Below, one piece after another: positions 51,103-64,000 of a stretch of DNA of 64,000 nucleotides; position 1 is the first letter of the stretch; each line of letters starts with the position of its first letter. The translations under genes were made by a program, and so were the position numbers. The notes under the pieces are model-generated. The model was given only the letters and a program-made list of their open reading frames with translations. It made no database searches and was not told where the DNA came from. Source of the DNA: the human T2T-CHM13v2.0 reference genome, Homo sapiens; NCBI RefSeq assembly GCF_009914755.1, contig NC_060941.1; one strand, given 5' to 3'.

Positions 51103-51305
51103 CATCTATTTTTGTTTTTGTTGTGCATGTGTGCTTTTGGTGTCATAGCCAGGAAATCATCACTTAGTCCAGTGTCATGAAGAGTTTCCCCTATGTTTTC
51201 TTCTAGTTTTATGGTTTTCAGATGTTAACATTTAGTTTTTAATCCATTTTGTGTTAATTTTTGTATATTTTTGCCCATATTTAAAACTTTAGTGAAATAA
51301 CATAA

Positions 51306-51618
<313 letters not shown>

Positions 51619-51896
51619 TGATCTCGAACTCCTGAGCTCAGATGATCCACCCGCCTTTGCCTCCCAAAGGGCTGGGATTACAGACGTGAGCCACCGCGCC
51701 CAGCCCATATCTTCATTTTAAGAAACATTGTTATCTACTATTGGTCCAGCAAAACGTGTGTGCATGAAACAAAGATATGGCAGTAGAAGGGTAAATACTA
51801 TAGTAAGAAGTCTAGGCCGGGCGTGGTGGCTGATGCTTGTAATCCCAACACTTTGGGAGGCTGAGGTGGGGGGATCACTTTGAGGTCAGAAGTTCA

Positions 51897-52353
<457 letters not shown>

Positions 52354-52730
52354 TAGAGACCAGGTTTCTCCATGTTGGTCAGGCTGGTCTCGAACTCCCA
52401 ACCTCAGGTTACCTGCCCGCCTCGGCCTCCCAAAGTGCTGGGATTACAGGCGTGAGCAACCACGCCTGGCCAGCTGAAAGGTTTTTAAGCTGAGACACAG
52501 ATAATCAGATTTGTGCTAGAAAAATTATTTTGGTATAAGAGATGCGTCAATGCTAGGAAGAGTGGAAACAGGAAAGTCAGTTAAGAAGCTTTAAAAAAAA
52601 AAAAAAGTGGGCTGGGTGCGGTAGCTCAAGCCTGTAATCTCATCACTTTGGGAGGCCGAGGCGGGCAGATCACCTGAGGTCAAGAGTTCAAGACCAGCCT
52701 GGCCAACTTGGCGAAACCCTGTCTCTACTA

Positions 52731-53042
<312 letters not shown>

Positions 53043-54326
53043 TTAAACCATGCCAGAGGGAATTGAAAATAGGGACCTACAGGAGAAACAAGAAAGAATG
53101 AATACTAGTTGGCTCTACTCAATAGGAAGACCCAGGGAGAAGTTGGAATTAACTCAGATTTCCAGCCTGGGTGACTCTGAATGGCTGTGAATGGCAGTGT
53201 TCTTATTAACAGGGATTGAGAAGGCACATAGGAATAGAACAGCATTACCCTTGGACAGTGAATTTAAGGTGTTGCCTATTGGACATCTGCCATGTCTTGT
53301 CACTTTTCGATATGGGTCTGGCCCTCAGGCAATAGCAGAGATTTGAATGGAGCTGTAGAGTCACAAGTCATCTTTATAGACATGTTAGTTGAAGCCATAC
53401 GCATAGATGAGCTCATCTGGGAGATGAATTTAAATCAAAGAGATCAAAATTTCCTTGTTTCACTTAACTAATCTTCTTAGCCATTTACTCTTATTGTGAG
53501 CCTGGCTTTTCCACCTGACCAAGTTCTTCTTGTTCCAGGAATTCAAAGATAAAGAAACCAGGCTCTATTATTTCTTTCTGATTGATTGATATTTGGTTTC
53601 TAAAAGAAATTTTCTTCCTTCTCTACATTCACAAACTCTTCTATTCTTTTGCCACATTTTATACACTTAAGTTTAAACCAGTTTCCATGTATATTTTGTC
53701 TATATTATGTTTGTTATTGAGAAATAGGCATTTTTGGGAAGAAAGAATTTGGCATTTTGGAAATAATCAGAAAATTAAAAAATGCACACACCACTTTCCC
53801 ATTCTTCTCCCCACCCCAACCCCTACCCCTATCCTCAAATGCTTAGCTAGTGAAATATTAAAATGTTGTAATAGAAATTGGAGTCAAGGTCTCCTTGCTG
53901 AAGAGACCATCTATTTTCAGAGACTGGAAGGAGAGAGAACAAACCAATCAAGAGTCATTGGTTTGTTGCCTCTATTGTTTTATTTCTGACCTGCGCAAAT
54001 AGCTTTTGAAGTGGAGATATGCTAGTTCTTGGCAACTAATACTTTTCTGGGCATGCATTTTATGAAATAATAGGTATGTATCTGCCTCATTCTTTTAGGC
54101 TATGTGTTTCTCTAGTTTAAAAATAATTTGCCAATGAAGGTCTATCTGTATTTATGCAATCCCTAAATTTGTATTTACCTTATGTGCGTATGTTTTAAAT
54201 GTGTGTATGGAGGCTTATTTTGGATGCTGTAGATGGGAGAGAGTGCCATCATCTAGTACACTGTTATATGCCACAAGAAATAATTGCACAGCCATTTCTT
54301 AATTTTAAGGTTTTTCTTTTCAACAG

Positions 54327-54530
54327 GTTTTGCACTGATTGCAAAAATAAAGTCCTCCGAGCATACAATATCCTTATTGGTGAACTTGACTGCAGCAAAG
54401 AAAAGGGCTACTGTGCTGCACTTTATGAAGGCTTGCGGTGCTGTCCACATGAACGACACATACATGTTTGCTGTGAAACAGACTTCATTGCACATCTTTT
54501 GGGTCGTGCTGAGCCAGAGTTCGCAGGAGG
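54327..54530 (+). CDS. GGNBP2: GGNBP2 coding exon (Cys/His-rich); alternative end 54536
   Basis: FCTDCKNKVLRAYNILIGELDCSKEKGYCAALYEGLRCCPHERHIHVCCETDFIAHLLGRAEPEFAGG. Confidence 0.93.
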
Positions 54531-55588
54531 GTATGAGTATGTAATTTGCTAGAATGGGCTATCTAGCGCTTTGCTTCATTTTATTACTGAAAGTTTATTT
54601 TCATCACCTTCTGCCTCAGTACATATGATATATGTATAAATTAAAGTATGCCTGTAAAGATTTTGCTTCTCTTTAAAGTATGCATTTCTTAATTGACTGA
54701 AAATAGGGAAAAACTGTTCTCTGGTGTTTGGTTCAGTCCTCTGCTAGTTCTTGCTTGAAGGGAGGCAGGCTTTTTTGGCTTTCATTGTTACAGACTATCA
54801 TTTTCATTTGAAAATGATTAGAAGGGATTTTTCTCCCTCTATCCATGCATTATCATGTGTAAATTTTATTCACAATAATGGTTTTTGCATAAGTCAGATC
54901 TTTGCAGTAGGGGATTAAGAAATGCCTTATTGAATGTAATTCACGAACTGTGTATATTATATTATTATTACTACACAGAAACCTAAAGTAGTATCTCTGG
55001 CTTTGTTGTAAAAATAAAATCAGATGATGATGTTAATAGAATAAATCAAATGCATTTCCTTTTGTATTTAGGGTATCAACCCTCATTTGAGTGCCTACTT
55101 TCTGCTAGAATACAAAGGGCTTTTTTATCGCCAAAGTTCTGTGAACACTTGTAAAGACTGGCCTGGTGGAGGACTCTTGCCCATGATGAATCACTTTGGC
55201 ATTGCCTTTCTCAATTCCTCCTCAAAACAAAAAACCTAAAGAAGGAAAAAATGTTTTGCTATAATTGGAAAGTAAAAGGAACTGTTGTGTCTACTATGAG
55301 CTGGACACTTCTATGTGATTGCTTTGTGCCCTAAAACCCATCTTTTTAGAGCCAGTTCCTGAATTACTTTATTTTTAGCAATACGAGGACTAAATTCTAC
55401 TTGCATGTGTATTTCTCATTGGTTGTGGACATGCATGCTTGTATAGCAACATATACGTTGAGTGTAAATGTATAACTGTCTTGTTACTAGGTAAGCACAT
55501 TGTGTTTAAAACCTGAACTTGCAGCTGTGTTATCCATCTTTTACTGTTTCAGTTAAAGGTATTAGTGTGTGATTATTCCCTTTTATAG

Positions 55589-55763
55589 GCGAAGAGAAAG
55601 GCATGCAAAGACAATAGATATAGCTCAAGAAGAAGTTCTGACCTGCTTGGGAATTCATCTTTATGAAAGACTGCATCGAATCTGGCAGAAGCTACGGGCA
55701 GAAGAGCAGACATGGCAGATGCTTTTCTATCTTGGTGTTGATGCTTTACGCAAGAGTTTTGAG
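55589..55763 (+). CDS. GGNBP2: GGNBP2 coding exon
   Basis: 175 nt, RRERHAKTIDIAQEEV...ALRKSFE, phase 2-0. Confidence 0.94.
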
Positions 55764-56507
55764 GTAAGAACAGTGGGCTGTTCCAGTATCTCAGATTGCT
55801 TAGTCACGTTATTGGACTGAATCTTAATGTAAGCCACCAGTGCCTAAAAGGACTGTCCATCACTGATAGAGCTTCATGGATTTGGCTGGATATTGTTACA
55901 TGGCTTTGGGTTGGAGTGGGGGTGGTCTAGGGAACTGGGATTTAGAAGAAGTTGATGGATTTAAAAAAATGTTTTTAATCCTGTTAACTTTGCTAGCTTT
56001 GGTTTTTAGACTTTCTCAGAGTAGAAAACTGAAGATGTTTAATAAGATGCTGCTATGAAACATAACTAGTGAGGCTGGGCATGGTGGCTTACGCCTGTAA
56101 TCCCAGCACTTTGGGAGGACGAGGCAGGCGGATCACCTGAGGTCAGGAGTTTGAGACCAGCCTGACCAATATGATGAAACCCCGTCTCTACTAAAAATAC
56201 AAAAATTAGCTGGGCGTGGTGGCGGGCACCTGTAATCCAGCTACTTGGGAGGCTGAGACAGGAGAGTTGCTTCAACCTGGGAGGTGGAGGTTGCAGTGAG
56301 CCAAGATCACGTCACTGCACTCCAGCCTGGGCAACAAGAACAAAACTCCGTCTCAAAACAAAAACAAAAACAAAAACAAAACAAAAAAAACACACATAAC
56401 TAGTGAAAAGTTAAATGCCCCCAAGGATTAAGCAGGAAATGTTAAAACCTTCAGTGAGTTTCATTTTGCCTGCTAATGTCCAGTAGTATGAAGTAAATGC
56501 TGTGTGA

Positions 56508-56762
<255 letters not shown>

Positions 56763-56902
56763 TAGGATGGTCTCAATCTCCTGACCTCGTGATCCGCTGC
56801 CTGCCTTGGCCTCCCAAAGTGCTGGGATTACAGGCATGAGCCACGGCGCCCAGCCCTTACTCGTTTTCTCTTTGTATTTTTGTACCTTCAGAGACTAGAT
56901 CA

Positions 56903-57285
<383 letters not shown>

Positions 57286-57409
57286 TTAAAACTAGAATCT
57301 TGCTGGTTTGGAATAGGAGTGTGTATATTACCACAGAAAACAAAGGGACCGGGCACGGTGGCTCACGCCTGTAATCCCAGCACTTCGGGAGGCTGAGGCG
57401 GGTGGATCA

Positions 57410-57882
<473 letters not shown>

Positions 57883-58099
57883 GTAATATTTCTTAATATC
57901 AACTCTTAAGTGTGTATGTATTGCTTGTAGATAGAAGTACAGGCCAGGTGTGGTGGCTCACGCCTGTGATCCCAGCACTTTGGGAGGCCCAGGGTGGAGG
58001 TATCACTTGAGCCTAGGAGTTTGGGACCAGCCTGGGCAAGATAGTGAGATCTCTATCTCTATTTATTTTATTTTATTTTTTTAATAAAAATAAAAAGTA

Positions 58100-58902
<803 letters not shown>

Positions 58903-59125
58903 TATGGCTTTTTGCTAGATTTGGGCATTTTTACTATGCTTTTCCAGATGTGAGCTCCTGCAGTTTTTATATCAGCTTTTTTCCTACTGTAGTCTGTATA
59001 AGCCAGAATTTTAATGTCATGTCTATGTTTTATTAAGACAATGTTGAGTAGTTATCTCTTTACCTGACTTTAATGTATTATTAGATCAAAGTCAAAATAT
59101 AGAAAGCCACCTCTGTGCATGACCT

Positions 59126-61580
<2,455 letters not shown>

Positions 61581-61643
61581 GGAATAAAATGTAGCTGTTA
61601 TGGAGTAAAGCTCTTGACTCTCTCTTAATGTTGATCCTTAAAG

Positions 61644-61794
61644 GAAACAGACTTCATAGAAAATAGCAGCTGCAAAGCCTGTGGCAGCACTGAAGATGGT
61701 AATACTTGTGTAGAAGTAATTGTTACCAATGAAAATACATCATGTACCTGTCCTAGCAGTGGCAATCTTTTGGGGTCCCCTAAAATAAAGAAAG
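61644..61794 (+). CDS. GGNBP2: GGNBP2 coding exon
   Basis: 151 nt, ETDFIENSSCKACGSTEDG...SPKIKK, phase 0-1, GTAAGT donor. Confidence 0.9.
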
Positions 61795-62183
61795 GTAAGT
61801 AAATAATTTCTTTTTAAAATGAACTCTTAACTCTATTCTTTCTTACTGTTAAATGTAAGAGCTTTTAGAGATTCTGTGAGCTAGAATTTTAAAACTGCTT
61901 TATAGTTCCAAGAATATCATATAATTTAGTCAGATACTTAATATTTCCTTTTTCTTTATGTTCTTTGACTTATTTTTGACAAAAACGAAAAATGGTAAAT
62001 TCCTAATCATATTTTCATTATTTAATTTACTTTCTACTTAAAAAAAAAATCCTTCATTGGAAATGTTCTACTTTTAATAAGCCATTAATTATGAGATTTT
62101 TCTGTGGTCCCCAAAGAGTTCACTCTTTGTCCTAATATACTTATTGGTATGTTAATAGTAACTCTCACTTGATTTATTCTCAG

Positions 62184-62309
62184 GCTTATCTCCACACTGT
62201 AATGGTAGTGATTGTGGATATTCATCTAGCATGGAAGGGAGTGAAACAGGTTCTCGGGAGGGTTCGGATGTTGCCTGCACTGAAGGCATTTGTAATCATG
62301 ATGAACACG
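62184..62309 (+). CDS. GGNBP2: GGNBP2 coding exon
   Basis: 126 nt, GLSPHCNGSDCGYSSSMEGSETGSREGSDVACTEGICNHDEH, phase 1-1. Confidence 0.92.
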
Positions 62310-62393
62310 GTAGGCTCACATTAAGTTTCCCAGTTATTTCTACTACATGGCTGACTTAAGAACATAAATAAGAAGGATTATTGATTTCTGCAG

Positions 62394-62542
62394 GTGATGA
62401 CTCTTGTGTTCATCACTGTGAAGACAAAGAGGATGATGGTGATAGTTGTGTTGAATGTTGGGCAAATTCTGAAGAGAACGACACAAAAGGAAAAAATAAA
62501 AAGAAGAAGAAGAAAAGCAAGATACTGAAATGTGATGAACAT
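62394..62542 (+). CDS. GGNBP2: GGNBP2 coding exon
   Basis: 149 nt, GDDSCVHHCEDKEDDG...KNKKKKKKSKILKCDEH, phase 1-0. Confidence 0.93.
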
Positions 62543-63340
62543 GTAAGTGTCATAACTTGTAATTCTTAAACCTTTGCTGTTGAGGACAGAACACGTGTTT
62601 TCCTTGGAGTGGCATATGTGCAGCTTAGCTGCTAGGATTTACTTTTTTTAGAATGAGTTCTTTATGCAGTTCCATTGGGTGCTCATCGTGTGAGAGTGTG
62701 GGTTGGGGGCAGAGAGAGATGTGATCATTTGTGCAACAGTCCTTGTGAGTCAGAAATTCAATTGTTCTTTTTATACTTTTAAAATTATAAGCTGTGTAAT
62801 CTTAAACAATTTGTTTAGTCCCTATCATATTAGGTTCTATGAAGGTGAAGTGAATGTATATTGGCAGGTGTGGCATAGTGTCTAGTACATAGTAAGTGCC
62901 TGGTAAAATAAAATGAATGCCAGCTGCTACTATTACTTAGTATTCCTTCTAAAGGTTTAATACTATGTCAGGATTTTTTTGAGATGGAGTCTCACTCTGT
63001 CGCCTATACTAGAGTACAGTGGCATAATCTTGGCTCACTGCAACCTCTGCCTCCCAGGTTCAAACAATTCTCCTGCCTCAGCTTCCTGAGTAGCTGGGAT
63101 TACAGGCGCATGCCACCATGGCTGGCTAATTTTTGCATTTTTAGTAGAGATGGCATTTGACCATGTTGGCCAGGCTGGTCTTGAACACTTGACCTCAGGT
63201 GATCCACCTGCCTCGGCCTCCCAAAATGTTGAGATTGTAGGCATGAGCCACCGTGCCCCGCTTTTTTTTTTTTTTTTTTAAAGAATAATTGCTATTATAT
63301 CATGCCTTTTTACCTGTGAAATCCTTTGCTGTGGTATCAG

Positions 63341-63589
63341 ATCCAGAAGCTTGGAAGCTGTATTACAGATCCAGGTAATCGAGAGACCTCAGGAAATACC
63401 ATGCACACAGTGTTTCACCGTGACAAGACCAAAGATACACATCCTGAAAGCTGTTGCAGCTCTGAAAAGGGTGGGCAGCCATTGCCTTGGTTTGAGCATA
63501 GGAAAAATGTACCACAGTTTGCAGAACCTACAGAAACGTTGTTTGGTCCCGATTCCGGAAAAGGTGCCAAGAGCTTAGTTGAACTCCTT
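63341..63589 (+). CDS. GGNBP2: GGNBP2 coding exon; gene continues beyond window
   Basis: 249 nt, IQKLGSCITDPGNRE...GAKSLVELL, GTAAGT donor. Confidence 0.92.
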
Positions 63590-63818
63590 GTAAGTATTCC
63601 ATGTGGTCTTACTGTACATAACTGTTTGGGAACGGGGTGGATGTGGGAGGGGATAGTATTTGAGGGCTTAAGGTAGGTAGTTGAAGGAAGCTTATGAGAA
63701 ATTAAGGGTAGTATTTCATTATTGTTTGGGGACTTCATTTCTGTCCTTCCACTCGTGGTTTATGCAACTACTCTGGAACACGTTTCCATGGCCGCCTCTG
63801 TCTCAGTAGAAGACATTA

Positions 63819-63940
63819 TAGGTATTCCTTGAGTTACAGTGGGGTTACATTCCAATAAACCCATTATAACTCAAAAATACTGCGAGTTGAAAATACATTC
63901 AACATCCCAATAAACCCTTTGTAAAGTTAAAAAAAAAAAA
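63819..63940. mobile_element. Tigger4/MER46-type MITE fragment
   Basis: ttacagtggggttacattccaataaacccatt resembles the Tigger4 terminus. Confidence 0.55.
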
Positions 63941-64000
63941 TCCCAAATAAGGCTGGGTGCAGTGGCTCATGCTTGTAATCCCAGCACTTTGGGAGACCGA

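Larger units (their letters stand above)
48460..51270 (-). mobile_element. Old L1 fragment hosting Alus, a Tigger3-type element and the RPS2 retrocopy
   Basis: Antisense L1 ORF2/3' motifs (ggatatatacctagaagtgggatt; gatgattagtgatgttgagcat; ggagaaatgtc). Confidence 0.75.

Noticed and set aside
50534-51148. 204-aa plus-strand ORF
   Set aside because: Antisense shadow of the RPS2 retrocopy
61630-61643. TCCTTAA resembling a U12 branch site before a GGNBP2 acceptor
   Set aside because: The matching donor is GTAATA, not the U12 GTATCCTT consensus

Overview
Human (primate) genomic DNA, Alu-dense, recognisable from its proteins as the MYO19-PIGW-GGNBP2 locus (17q12). It holds the 5' end of MYO19 on the minus strand (myosin motor N-terminus with the GESGAGK P-loop), the single-coding-exon PIGW (504 aa) sharing a CpG-island bidirectional promoter with MYO19, and GGNBP2 exons 1-13 on the plus strand (last exon outside the window). 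It also holds a processed RPS2 pseudogene, a tailless U2 snRNA retrocopy, about 70 Alus and L1/L2/MIR/DNA-transposon relics. The most unexpected signal is in the PIGW-GGNBP2 intergenic gap (about 15.2-19.8 kb, minus strand): an apparent fossil multi-exon type IV collagen-like gene. Decayed Gly-X-Y exons with collagen-type sizes and split-Gly phases are followed, in the correct order, by NC1 (C4) domain motifs such as LWIGFSF. Also notable are a 54-nt near-perfect copy of GGNBP2 exon 2 upstream of its promoter and a 3'UTR-like, repeat-free block in GGNBP2 intron 2. All calls were made by eye; repeat boundaries are approximate.
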